A stretch of DNA of 64,000 nucleotides. Origin: an uncultured bacterium (GTDB lineage Bacteria > Omnitrophota > Gorgyraeia > Duberdicusellales > CBEUCJ01). How positions within the stretch are numbered: the first letter of the stretch is position 1; every line of letters starts with the position of its first letter. Shown here in pieces: positions 41,688-51,181 of this stretch. The DNA is taken from NCBI GenBank assembly GCA_965541615.1, contig CBEUCJ010000002.1, positions 31,795 through 95,794 of the forward strand, given 5' to 3'. The notes beneath the pieces were generated by a model that saw only the letters and a list, made by a program, of their open reading frames with translations, was not told the origin of the DNA and did not search any database. The translations under genes were made by a program, and so were the position numbers.

Positions 41688-41943
41688 TTTTATAGAAAAG
41701 CTTTCTGAGTTAGCTGATACTTTGGAGGAAAAGTACAAGATAAAAGTATGTTTTACCCAAATATTAGGAAATAGATGGTCTTATATAACAGGTCAAAAGA
41801 AGGAACTGTTTTTATCTTTACCTGAACGCATACAGTTAGATAAAAATTTAGGAGTCGTAATTTATGGATGGCATAAGCTAAATGAGGATTCAAGAAAAGA
41901 AGTTTTAGATTTTCTTAAAGAGGAGATTCTTTTTGAAAAATAA
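41638..41943 (+). CDS. small hypothetical protein (possibly TM1266-like hydrogenase-system protein)
   Basis: 101 aa; overlaps the hydG 3' end by 50 nt; call rests only on position downstream of hydG. Confidence 0.3.
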   Translation: MNFMKEQKEEKEIFTSDFIEKLSELADTLEEKYKIKVCFTQILGNRWSYITGQKKELFLSLPERIQLDKNLGVVIYGWHKLNEDSRKEVLDFLKEEILFEK

Positions 41944-41947
41944 ATAA

Positions 41948-42883
41948 ATGAATATTTTGGTTACAGGAGCTACAGGCTTTATAGGAAGGCACTTAGTGCA
42001 AAAACTCTGTTCAAACAATCAGAATAATAATATTTTTTGTTTAGTTAGAAAAAATTCAAAAAATATAAAGTATTTGGTTCCTTTTAAAGTAAAATTTGTA
42101 TACGCAGATATAACAAATTCAAATTCTATTGAGGAGATTAAAGATTTAAATTTAGATGTAATCTTTCATTGTGCAGGTTATGTGGGTAATAAAAGAAAAA
42201 AATTATATAAAGTCAACGTTTTAGGAACAAAGAATATCTGTGAGTTAGCTTTAAGATTAAATATAAAAAAAATGGTGTATTTAAGTTCTGTAGCTGTAGT
42301 GAGTGGAAACAGAAATTTGCCTTTGGTTGAAGATTTACCTTACAAAGCAACCAACCTCTATGGAGTTTCAAAAATAGAAGCAGAAAAAGTAGTTTTAGAT
42401 TATAGAAAAAAGGGATTAAAAACTATCATCTTAAGACCTTGTATGGTATATGGAGAATCTGAACCTCATATGTTAGGATTAATTCTTTTTTTACTCAAAC
42501 ACAGGCTTTTTCCTTTGATAGATGAAGGTAAATATAAATTGCATTTATTGTATGTAAAAAACTTGGTAGAAGCTATGATATTTTCTTTATCTAAGGAAGA
42601 ATTTACACAAAGCACTTTTTTTGTAGCTGATAAAGAAGTTTTAACTTTAAAAGAAATAGCTGATATTTTTGTTAAGACGATAAAAGCTAAACCTCCTTTC
42701 AGAATTCCATCTTATTTGAAGCCTGTATTATTAAATCTACCTTTTTTAGGAAAAAGATTAAAATTTTTTTTAAAAGATAGAATTTATAGTATAAAAAAAC
42801 TACTCTCTTTGGGTTTTAAACATCTGTATTCTGCACACTTAGGTTTAAGAAGGAGTGCAGAATTCTGGTTAGAGCACTCATGA
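41948..42883 (+). CDS. NAD-dependent epimerase/dehydratase family protein
   Basis: 311 aa; TGATGFIGRHLV Rossmann motif; YxxxK (YGVSK). Confidence 0.75.
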   Translation: MNILVTGATGFIGRHLVQKLCSNNQNNNIFCLVRKNSKNIKYLVPFKVKFVYADITNSNSIEEIKDLNLDVIFHCAGYVGNKRKKLYKVNVLGTKNICELALRLNIKKMVYLSSVAVVSGNRNLPLVEDLPYKATNLYGVSKIEAEKVVLDYRKKGLKTIILRPCMVYGESEPHMLGLILFLLKHRLFPLIDEGKYKLHLLYVKNLVEAMIFSLSKEEFTQSTFFVADKEVLTLKEIADIFVKTIKAKPPFRIPSYLKPVLLNLPFLGKRLKFFLKDRIYSIKKLLSLGFKHLYSAHLGLRRSAEFWLEHS

Positions 42884-42925
42884 GAAAAATATTATTCGAA
42901 ATGAATAACATCACGAAGATCCCTT

Positions 42926-42947
42926 CTTTGAGAGTCAAAGCTTTTCT
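42926..42947 (+). terminator. weak candidate terminator hairpin after the epimerase gene
   Basis: CTTTG-agagt-CAAAG followed by CTTTTCT; only a 5-bp stem. Confidence 0.2.
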
Positions 42948-43134
42948 ATATTTGATTCTTTAATATTGTTTATATTTTTAGGAATTATGATAATATTTTA
43001 ATATGTGGGAAAGTTATGTGAAAAGGTAAAAAACTTCATGAATATAGTGTACCTGAAATAATAGCTGTTCCTATAAGTTTGAGGCTTACAAGATTATTTA
43101 GAATGGTTAAGGGAAAATTTAAAGTAATTAAAAT

Positions 43135-44106
43135 ATGGAATATAGGAGAATTTCAAAAGTAAATATAGAAATCTCTGTTTTAGGGTTAGGAACATGGGCT
43201 TTTGGAGGAGATGTATGGTGGGGGCCTCAGAAAGATGTTGATTCTTTAAGTGTTCTGGAAAAGGCTATTAATGAGGGTATAAATCTTATAGATACAGCAC
43301 CTGTATATGGAAAAGGACATTCAGAAGAACTCATTGGAAAGTTTTTAAAGAAAAAAAGATTGAGAGATAAGGTAATTATAGCTACAAAATTGGGTTTAAG
43401 TTGGAAGAATGGTAGGATTTATAGAGATTTAAGTAGAAAAAGAATGTTAGAAGAAATAGATGAGTCCAGAAGAAGGTTGCAAACCGATTACATAGATATT
43501 TATCAAGTTCACTGGCCAGACCCTAATACTCCAATTGCAGAGACTGCTACTGTTATGTATGAGTTCTATAAAAAAGGTTTAATAAGAGCAATAGGAGTGA
43601 GTAACTATTCTGTAGAACAAATGCAAGAATTTATGAAATATTCACCTCTCCATACTTTGCAGCCTCCTTACAATATGTTTAAAAGAGATATAGAAAAAGA
43701 TATTATTCCTTTTTGTATAAAAAACAAGATTAGTATTATTAGTTATATTCCTTTACATTCAGGAATTTTAACTGGAAAATTCTTTTTTAAAAATATTAAA
43801 ATACCTTCTGATTTATGTAGAAAAAATCATCCAGATTTAAAAGAACCTTTATTTTCTGTAAATAAAGAGATTTTAGAAAAGTTAAATAATTTAGCTCTTA
43901 AATATAATAAAACTTTAACACAGTTAGTTTTAAATTGGACTTATAAAAGAGAAGGGATTACTTCAATTTTAGTGGGAGCTAGAAATTTAGATCAATTAAC
44001 AGAAAATTTGGGAGCAGTTGGATGGAGTTTGGAGCCTTCTGATTACAAAGAGATAGAAAAAATTCTGCAGGAAAGGATTGAAAAAATAAAAGCTTTAAAT
44101 TTATGA
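43135..44106 (+). CDS. aldo/keto reductase
   Basis: 323 aa; LGLGTWAFGG N-terminal motif and catalytic tetrad pattern of the AKR family. Confidence 0.85.
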   Translation: MEYRRISKVNIEISVLGLGTWAFGGDVWWGPQKDVDSLSVLEKAINEGINLIDTAPVYGKGHSEELIGKFLKKKRLRDKVIIATKLGLSWKNGRIYRDLSRKRMLEEIDESRRRLQTDYIDIYQVHWPDPNTPIAETATVMYEFYKKGLIRAIGVSNYSVEQMQEFMKYSPLHTLQPPYNMFKRDIEKDIIPFCIKNKISIISYIPLHSGILTGKFFFKNIKIPSDLCRKNHPDLKEPLFSVNKEILEKLNNLALKYNKTLTQLVLNWTYKREGITSILVGARNLDQLTENLGAVGWSLEPSDYKEIEKILQERIEKIKALNL

Positions 44107-45800
44107 TAAGAATATGTATTGCTCAAATAAATCCTACAGTAGGAGATTTAGAAAATAATTTCAAAAAAGTATCTGTTTTTATAAAAAAAGCTAAAAGTTT
44201 TTTAAGTGATATTGTAGTATTTCCTGAATTAGCTTTAACAGGTTACCCTCCAGAAGATTTATTGTTAAATCCTGAGTTTATGAAAGCTTGTGAGAAATAT
44301 TTAAAAAAAATATTTTCTTTAACAGATAACATTTTAGTTTTGATAGGAGCTCCTTATAAAAAAAATAACTATCTTTATAATGGTTGTTTTGTTATTCAAA
44401 ATAAAAAATTGCTTTCTGTCTACAAAAAGATATTTTTATCTGAAGATACGGTTTTTAATGAAAAAAGATATTTTTCTCCAGGTTCTGAACTCATTATATT
44501 TAAGAATAAAAAGTTAAATTTTAGTGTTACAATATGTGAAGATATTCAGATAAAAACTTCACCTATTTTTGAAAGTTTTTTTTATCCAAAAGTAGATATT
44601 TTGTTTAATATTTCAGCTTCACCTTTTTTTGTTAAGAAAATAGATTTAAGAAAAAAATTACTGAGTAGAATTTCAAAACAAACTCAGTCTTTTCTTGTAT
44701 ATTGTAATTTAGTAGGAGCTCAAGATGAGTTAGTTTTTGATGGGAGGAGTTTGGTGTTTTCACCTCAAGGAGAATTGCTTTTTGAAGCTAAATCCTTTGA
44801 AGAAGATCTTTTATGTTTTGATTTAAAAATAAAAAAGAAGTTTTGCAATAAAAAATCAGAATTATTTGTTCCTTCTTTAAACTACATACAGACTTATCCT
44901 TTTTTACAAAAAAACAAACCCAAGCTACCTGAGTATATTCCTCCTAAATCTATGGATAAAATTGAACAAATATACAAAGCTTTAGTATTAGGAATAAGAG
45001 ATTATGTAAGAAAAAATAATTTTACAAAAGCTATCGTAGGTTTAAGTGGAGGAATAGATAGTTCACTAACTTGTGTATTAGCTGTTGATGCTTTAGGTAA
45101 AGAAAACGTGATAGGAGTAAGTATGCCATCAAAATATACTTCTCAAGCTTCACTTCAAGATGCACAGATCTTAGCAAAAAATTTAGGGATAAAATTTTTT
45201 GTAGTCCCTATTCATGAAATAGTTGAGATTTATACCAAAGTTTTTAAAAAGTGTTTTGGAAAAGTCAAAGACATTACTCTTCAAAATATTCAAGCCAGAA
45301 TTAGAGGAAATATTTTAATGGCTTTTTCAAATAACTTTGGATGGATAGTTCTAACTACAGGAAATAAGTCTGAGTTAAGTGTTGGGTATTGTACTTTATA
45401 TGGAGATACTGCAGGTGGTCTTTGTGTTTTAAAAGATGTTCCCAAGACTTTAGTTTACAAATTATCTAAATATAGGAACAAGATAGCAAAAAGATTTTTA
45501 ATCCCTAAAAGAGTTTTAACAAAACCTCCAACAGCAGAGTTAAAGCCTGATCAAACAGATGAATCAGAAATTGGTTCTTATAAAGTTTTAGACAAGATTA
45601 TAAACCTTTATGTAGAAAAAAATAAGACTTTAAAAGAAATAGTTAATAAAGGATTCAATGAGAAAATGGTTAAGCAAATAATCTACAAAATAGACAGAAA
45701 TGAATACAAACGCAGACAATTACCTCCTGGTATAAAAATTACTCCCCGTAGTTTTGGAAAAGATAGAAGAATGCCTATCACTAACAAATTTATTATTTAA
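44103..45800 (+). CDS. nadE: glutamine-dependent NAD+ synthetase
   Basis: 565 aa; N-terminal CN-hydrolase domain (VFPELALTGYPPEDL) fused to the NAD-synthetase PP-loop domain (GLSGGIDSS). Confidence 0.85.
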   Translation: MIRICIAQINPTVGDLENNFKKVSVFIKKAKSFLSDIVVFPELALTGYPPEDLLLNPEFMKACEKYLKKIFSLTDNILVLIGAPYKKNNYLYNGCFVIQNKKLLSVYKKIFLSEDTVFNEKRYFSPGSELIIFKNKKLNFSVTICEDIQIKTSPIFESFFYPKVDILFNISASPFFVKKIDLRKKLLSRISKQTQSFLVYCNLVGAQDELVFDGRSLVFSPQGELLFEAKSFEEDLLCFDLKIKKKFCNKKSELFVPSLNYIQTYPFLQKNKPKLPEYIPPKSMDKIEQIYKALVLGIRDYVRKNNFTKAIVGLSGGIDSSLTCVLAVDALGKENVIGVSMPSKYTSQASLQDAQILAKNLGIKFFVVPIHEIVEIYTKVFKKCFGKVKDITLQNIQARIRGNILMAFSNNFGWIVLTTGNKSELSVGYCTLYGDTAGGLCVLKDVPKTLVYKLSKYRNKIAKRFLIPKRVLTKPPTAELKPDQTDESEIGSYKVLDKIINLYVEKNKTLKEIVNKGFNEKMVKQIIYKIDRNEYKRRQLPPGIKITPRSFGKDRRMPITNKFII

Positions 45801-45818
45801 TTCACAATTAAGGTCTCT

Positions 45819-47090
45819 ATGAGATTAAAATCTGCACTCTTATTTTATTATACTAAACTCAATAAATACAGTTTTAACATTCTATTGGGAGCTTTAGAGG
45901 AAGAAGAATTATTAGAAAAAATAAAGATTTACTTTGCAAATTCTCAAAAAGAATTGTTTTTTCTGATAGACAGTCTTCTTTTAAAATATAAAAAAATAAT
46001 TTTATGTTTTTCTTTCTTTACTACTCAAATCTGGAAGATAAAAGAAATAATTCATAGGTTAAAGAAGAAATATTCAAATAAAATTTTATATATAGCTGGA
46101 GGACCTCATCCTACAGGAGCACCTTTTAAAACCTTAGAGATGGGTTTTGATATAGTGGTGACTGGTGAAGGAGAAGAAACATTCAAAGAGCTTTTGAGCA
46201 AAATCATTGAAAATCAGGATATAAAAGATGTAAAAGGCATAGCTTTTAAGGATGAGAAAAAAGGATTCATTTTAACTCCAAAGAGAGAATTTATAGATTT
46301 AAATAAATATCCTCCATTTAGCCTTAAATATAATAAATTTAACCCGATAGAAATTACACGTGGTTGCAGTTTTGGTTGTCACTTTTGTCAAACTTCTTAT
46401 CTTTTTGGTAAGACTTTGAGGCATAGGAGTTTAGATAATATTTGCAGATATGTAGAGATAATGAAAAAATTGAATTTATTGGATATAAGATTCATTACTC
46501 CTAATGCTTTTTCTTATGGTTCATCTGATGGCAAAAATCTTAATATTAAAAAATTAGAGGAACTTCTTAGCAGAATAAGGAAAATAATAGGCCAAAGAGG
46601 AAGAATATTTATAGGTTCTTTTCCTTCAGAAATAAGACCTGAACATGTAACTGAAGAAACTTTAAGTCTAATTCTAAAATATGCTAACAATGATAATATT
46701 ACTATTGGCGCTCAATCAGGAAGTCAGAAGGTGTTAGATTTAATCAACAGATCTCATACAGTAGAAGATGTATACAGAGCTGTAAAGCTCAGTCTCAAAG
46801 CAGGTTTAAAAGTAAATGTAGATTTCATATTTGGTTTACCTTATGAGACTAAAAAAGATATTATAATTACATTAAAGGTAATAAAGGACCTTGTAAAAAT
46901 GGGTGCTAAAATCCATGCTCACACTTTTTTACCTTTACCACAAACCCCTTTATTTAAAAGTGAGTTTAGACCAATAGATGAAAGGTTAAAAAAATGGATA
47001 GGAAGATTGACTTCTAAAGGACTAATCTTTGGAAATTGGCTTTATCAATCAAGATTATCTCAGAAAATAAAGGAGTATTTTAGAGAATAG
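45819..47090 (+). CDS. B12-binding-domain radical SAM protein
   Basis: 423 aa; N-terminal cobalamin-binding-like Rossmann region, CSFGCHFC (CxxxCxxC) radical SAM motif. Confidence 0.8.
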   Translation: MRLKSALLFYYTKLNKYSFNILLGALEEEELLEKIKIYFANSQKELFFLIDSLLLKYKKIILCFSFFTTQIWKIKEIIHRLKKKYSNKILYIAGGPHPTGAPFKTLEMGFDIVVTGEGEETFKELLSKIIENQDIKDVKGIAFKDEKKGFILTPKREFIDLNKYPPFSLKYNKFNPIEITRGCSFGCHFCQTSYLFGKTLRHRSLDNICRYVEIMKKLNLLDIRFITPNAFSYGSSDGKNLNIKKLEELLSRIRKIIGQRGRIFIGSFPSEIRPEHVTEETLSLILKYANNDNITIGAQSGSQKVLDLINRSHTVEDVYRAVKLSLKAGLKVNVDFIFGLPYETKKDIIITLKVIKDLVKMGAKIHAHTFLPLPQTPLFKSEFRPIDERLKKWIGRLTSKGLIFGNWLYQSRLSQKIKEYFRE

Positions 47091-47100
47091 TATTTTTTTG

Positions 47101-47937
47101 TTAAGTTTTCAGATTTCTTTTGTATTTTTCTATAAGTTTATAATAAGCTTGTGCCTCTTGGAATTTTCCTCTTTTCAAACATCCTCTAATATATATCTGA
47201 CATTTCCTTTCTAACTCTTTAAAAGCTAATTCATACTGTTGGGAGTTTAATACTCCTGAATCTAAAAGTTTGCTAATAGCTTTTATTCTAAACCTATCTA
47301 ACCCCCAATATTTTTTTGAAACCTGATCAGGGTGCCCTCCTTCTTTTAAGGTTAAAGGAAGAGGAATTAAATATAAAGGGTACTTGTAAGATACTCTTAA
47401 CCAAAAATCATAATCTTCACAGCAAGGAAGCTCTTCATCGAACAATCCTACATCTTCAAAGATGCTTTTATGTATACATACAGTAGATATGCTCACTCTA
47501 CATAAACCTAAACATTTATCAAAAATATAACCTCCATATTTTTTATGAATCTTTTTTTGATTTAAGAATTTACCTCTTCTAAACCAGATTTCTTCTGTAT
47601 GAAATATTTTATATGTAGGGTTTTCTTTTATGTATTTATAAGTAATTTCTAATTTTTTCTTATCCCACCAATCATCAGAATCTAAAAAACACAGCCACTC
47701 AGCTTTTGCTTTCTTTATGCCTGTATTTCTAGCACCAGATGGTCCTTTGTTTTCTTGATAAATGTATATTATTCGGTCATCCTGATAAGAATAAACTAAC
47801 TCTTTTGTGTTATCTTGTGAGCCATCATCTACGATTATTAACTCAAAATCTTTGAAAGTTTGATTTAAGACAGAATCAACGGCTTTCTTTAAAAAATCTC
47901 TTCTATTGTATGTAGGAATTATTACACTAAAAAACAT
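47101..47937 (-). CDS. family 2 glycosyltransferase
   Basis: 278 aa; FSVIIPTYNR...DDGSQD...DSDD GT-A motifs. Confidence 0.8.
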   Translation of the reverse strand: MFFSVIIPTYNRRDFLKKAVDSVLNQTFKDFELIIVDDGSQDNTKELVYSYQDDRIIYIYQENKGPSGARNTGIKKAKAEWLCFLDSDDWWDKKKLEITYKYIKENPTYKIFHTEEIWFRRGKFLNQKKIHKKYGGYIFDKCLGLCRVSISTVCIHKSIFEDVGLFDEELPCCEDYDFWLRVSYKYPLYLIPLPLTLKEGGHPDQVSKKYWGLDRFRIKAISKLLDSGVLNSQQYELAFKELERKCQIYIRGCLKRGKFQEAQAYYKLIEKYKRNLKT

Positions 47938-47955
47938 AATTAGTAGAGAGAAACT

Positions 47956-49857
47956 TTAGCTTCTTAATTGTTTCTCAGCGTTTACTACATCTCTATTTAA
48001 AACTTCTAAAGCCTTATTAATATTTTTCTTCAAAACCTGTGGAATTTTTTGCTGATTCATTTCTCTCAAAACTTGAATGCATAACCTGAAATTTCTTATT
48101 AATTCTCCTTCATCTATTTTAGAAACCTTTACCACTTTATCAAAATCTTCTTTTTGACACCATCTTATAACTGCTTCAGATAAATAAAAATAAGCTTTTT
48201 TAGTGAGAGGAAATATTTTAAATCTTTTTTCTTCTTTATGAATATAGTTAATAACTCTATCTACTTCTTCTTTTATTCTCTTTGCTTTTTTAGAAAGTTT
48301 TGGAAACTTTAAACCAGGTTTAGCTTCACATACAACCCCCATTGTTAATATACATAATTCTATCCAATCTAATCTCTCTAAAAATCCTGCTTCAAAGAGT
48401 TCTCCAAAGATTAATTCATATCCAAAAAGGTTAGAACTGAATTCTCCTTTTAAAGTCAAAGCTTCTTTATAAATGTAACCAGTATTTTTTAAGAGCTCTA
48501 ATTTAGCTTCTAAAAGTTCTTGCCCCCTTTTTCTATTTTCTTTTTGTTGAAAATAATGAAAAGTAAGAGGATAAATTTTAATGAGCGATTCTTTTAAATG
48601 TTTATAAAGGTTTAATATAGTAGCATACGAAGCACAGAATTTACTTACCACAGGTTCAGGTTTACCCCAAATTATATTTTTTAAAACTTCAATATCTACT
48701 TGATGGAGATTTACTCTTATGTAAACAAATCCTCTTTTGTCGATACCTCTCCTTCCAGCTCTTCCTGCCATTTGATAAAAATCTCTCGTCTTTAAGTATC
48801 TTGTATATTTTCCATAAAATTTTACTATTTCATCAAAGCAGACTGTCCTTGCAGGCATATTTATTCCTAAAGCAAAAGTCTCTGTTGTAAATATCACTTT
48901 TATCAATCTGCTTGTGAAGAGTCTTTCTATTATTTCTTTTAAAGTGGGAAGCATACCTGCATGGTGGAAAGCTACACCCCTTTTAATTAAAGGAAAAAGC
49001 ATTTCAGCACTTTTTTCTCCTTTTAAATCAAATCTTTCTAATAAAGAGTTGTAGAGTTTTATAATTTGCTTTTTTTCCTCTGGGTTTAAAAAATCAAATC
49101 TTAACAATTCCCATGCTAAGTTTTCACATCTTCTTCTAGAAAAAGAAAAATAGATACAAGGAAGTCTTTGTGTGGATTTCAAATGTTTTATTAAGTCTAT
49201 TACTCTATTTTGTTTATGGAACTTATAAATTTGTTTGTTTGATAAAAATTTTTCTAATCTTTTAAAATTTTTAAAGATTTCATTTTGACATTGAAAATAA
49301 AAATTTAAAGGTACAGGTCTATGAGTTTCAATGATTTCTTTGACAGGTTTCTTATGTATTTTTTTAATCCATTTTACTAATTCTTTTATGTTAGGGATAG
49401 TAGCACTTAAAGCTAAAATATTCATATGTTGAGGTAAAAATATTATAGACTCTTCCCAAACAGTTCCACGTTCAGTATCATCTAAATAATGGATTTCATC
49501 AAAGATCACCCAAGTTTTGTTTTCTAGCTTTTTAGGAGTTTGTAGAATATAGTTTCTAAATATTTCTGTAGTCATGATTAATACAGGAGCTGAGCTATTT
49601 ATACTAACATCTCCTGTGATTATTCCTACTTTATCTTTACCGTATTTTTCTGTAAAATCTCTGAATTTTTGATTACTAAGAGCTTTTATAGGAGCAGTGT
49701 AAATAACACCTTCTTTTTTCTCCAAAGTTTCTTTAATAACATACTCAGCTATTAGAGTTTTACCTGCTCCTGTAGGAGCAGAAACCACTACAGAAAACCC
49801 TTTTTTTATATATTCTATAGCCTCTTCTTGAAAGGGATCTAAAGTAAAGTTTTCCAT
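47956..49857 (-). CDS. Ski2/HelY-like SF2 RNA helicase with C-terminal DSHCT domain
   Basis: 633 aa; Walker A APTGAGKT, motif Ib TAPIKALSNQK, DEIH box, SAT, QMAGRAGRRG; C-terminal DEGELIRNFRL...NRDVV resembles the DSHCT domain; no arch insertion. Confidence 0.8.
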   Translation of the reverse strand: MENFTLDPFQEEAIEYIKKGFSVVVSAPTGAGKTLIAEYVIKETLEKKEGVIYTAPIKALSNQKFRDFTEKYGKDKVGIITGDVSINSSAPVLIMTTEIFRNYILQTPKKLENKTWVIFDEIHYLDDTERGTVWEESIIFLPQHMNILALSATIPNIKELVKWIKKIHKKPVKEIIETHRPVPLNFYFQCQNEIFKNFKRLEKFLSNKQIYKFHKQNRVIDLIKHLKSTQRLPCIYFSFSRRRCENLAWELLRFDFLNPEEKKQIIKLYNSLLERFDLKGEKSAEMLFPLIKRGVAFHHAGMLPTLKEIIERLFTSRLIKVIFTTETFALGINMPARTVCFDEIVKFYGKYTRYLKTRDFYQMAGRAGRRGIDKRGFVYIRVNLHQVDIEVLKNIIWGKPEPVVSKFCASYATILNLYKHLKESLIKIYPLTFHYFQQKENRKRGQELLEAKLELLKNTGYIYKEALTLKGEFSSNLFGYELIFGELFEAGFLERLDWIELCILTMGVVCEAKPGLKFPKLSKKAKRIKEEVDRVINYIHKEEKRFKIFPLTKKAYFYLSEAVIRWCQKEDFDKVVKVSKIDEGELIRNFRLCIQVLREMNQQKIPQVLKKNINKALEVLNRDVVNAEKQLRS

Positions 49858-49956
49858 TTTTATTAATTTTTTATTGATTTTTTTGAGAAAATTATATCAT
49901 AGAAATTAAATTTAATGTTGATTTTTTCATCTTTTTGAATAAAATATTGAATTACT

Positions 49957-50823
49957 ATGGGGAAAAAGGGATTAGAAGAGTTAAAAAAAGTAATAGAATC
50001 TGATGGTGGACAGGTCTTAGCTGTTTATAAAGAGCCTTTTGCTAATAAGGAACAAATCTTTGCTCTCCTTCCAATAGAAAAAATAAAACCAGCCCCCTTT
50101 CAAAGAGAAATATCTACTCAACATTTAAGGAGATTAGCTCAGGTAATAGATAAAGTTGGTAGGTACATAGACCCAATTGTAGTAGTAAGGGCAGAAGAAG
50201 GAATTTATTATACACCCAATGGAACTCATAGATTAGAAGCTATGAGATCTTTAGGAAAAGATAAAATAACAGTTATCTTAATTCCAGAGCCTGAATTAGC
50301 TTCTTACATATTAGCTTTGAATACTGAAAAGTCTCCAAATATAAAAGAAAAATGTTTGGAGGTGATAAAGTTATATAAAGAATTAATGCAATTAGATCCT
50401 AGTATGAGAGAAATAGACTATGCATTTCAATTTGAGGAAGCTTCTTACCTTACATTAGGTATTGTTTACTTAGAAGAAGAAAGATTTAGTGGAGCTACTT
50501 ACAATACTTTTTTAAAAAAAGTAGATAATTTTTTAGATGAGACTTTAGAAGTAGCTTTTGAGGAGAGAAAAAAAAGAGCGCAGAAAGTAAAAGAACTCCA
50601 CAGAGTTACTTTAGAAAAAGAAGAAGAATTTAAAGCGAGTAATAAAAACTTCCCATTCTTAAGACAATACATAATCTCTAAGGCAAATCCTTATAAAAGA
50701 TTAAGGAAAATAGATGAAGATTTTTATGTAGCTGTTGATCAGTTAATAGAAAACGTAAAGTCTCTCTCTCCAGAGAAGATATCGACAGAAGAGATTTTAA
50801 GAGCAGGAGGAGTTTTTGAGTAA
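49957..50823 (+). CDS. ParB/sulfiredoxin-fold (ParB N-terminal-domain-like) protein
   Basis: 288 aa; LLPIEKIKPAPFQREI...PIVVVR...NGTHRLEAMRSLG matches the ParBc fold with GTHR replacing GERR; no HTH recognisable. Confidence 0.5.
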   Translation: MGKKGLEELKKVIESDGGQVLAVYKEPFANKEQIFALLPIEKIKPAPFQREISTQHLRRLAQVIDKVGRYIDPIVVVRAEEGIYYTPNGTHRLEAMRSLGKDKITVILIPEPELASYILALNTEKSPNIKEKCLEVIKLYKELMQLDPSMREIDYAFQFEEASYLTLGIVYLEEERFSGATYNTFLKKVDNFLDETLEVAFEERKKRAQKVKELHRVTLEKEEEFKASNKNFPFLRQYIISKANPYKRLRKIDEDFYVAVDQLIENVKSLSPEKISTEEILRAGGVFE

Positions 50824-50857
50824 TTCTTTCTAAAATATTCTCATAAAGTTAAATTTA

Positions 50858-51181
50858 ATGAAAGAAAAAACAAATTTAATTAAGAGAGTTTTGTTAGTAT
50901 TTTTTCTTATTTTTATTTTTATATTCCAAATCCTGCCTATTAGGTCTTCTTCACAGATAATAGGTTTAGATAAGATTATTCATTTTATTTTTTACTTTGT
51001 TCTTATGTTTTTGTTTTCTGTGAATAATTTTTCTCTAAAAAGAGCTTTTTTTTATTCTTTTTTGTATGGAATACTTATGGAGATAGTTCAGATACCTGTT
51101 CCTACCAGGAGCTGTTCATTTTATGATCTGCTAGCAAATTTGGGTGGAATCCTGACTTTTTTAATTATTAAAACTATCTAA
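50858..51181 (+). CDS. VanZ-like family membrane protein
   Basis: 107 aa; three or four TM helices; call is tentative. Confidence 0.45.
   Translation: MKEKTNLIKRVLLVFFLIFIFIFQILPIRSSSQIIGLDKIIHFIFYFVLMFLFSVNNFSLKRAFFYSFLYGILMEIVQIPVPTRSCSFYDLLANLGGILTFLIIKTI

Noticed and set aside
45795-45815. TTATTTA-ATTC-ACAATTA element upstream of the radical SAM gene as a Rex box
   Set aside because: Only the TTCACAA-like half is present and the left half is degenerate; this is likely a chance match in AT-rich DNA.
49957-50823. Considered calling the ParB-fold protein a chromosome partition ParB/Spo0J
   Set aside because: It has no parA neighbour, no recognisable HTH and no GERRxRA CTP-binding arginine box (it reads NGTHRLEA); a generic ParB/Srx-fold label is safer.
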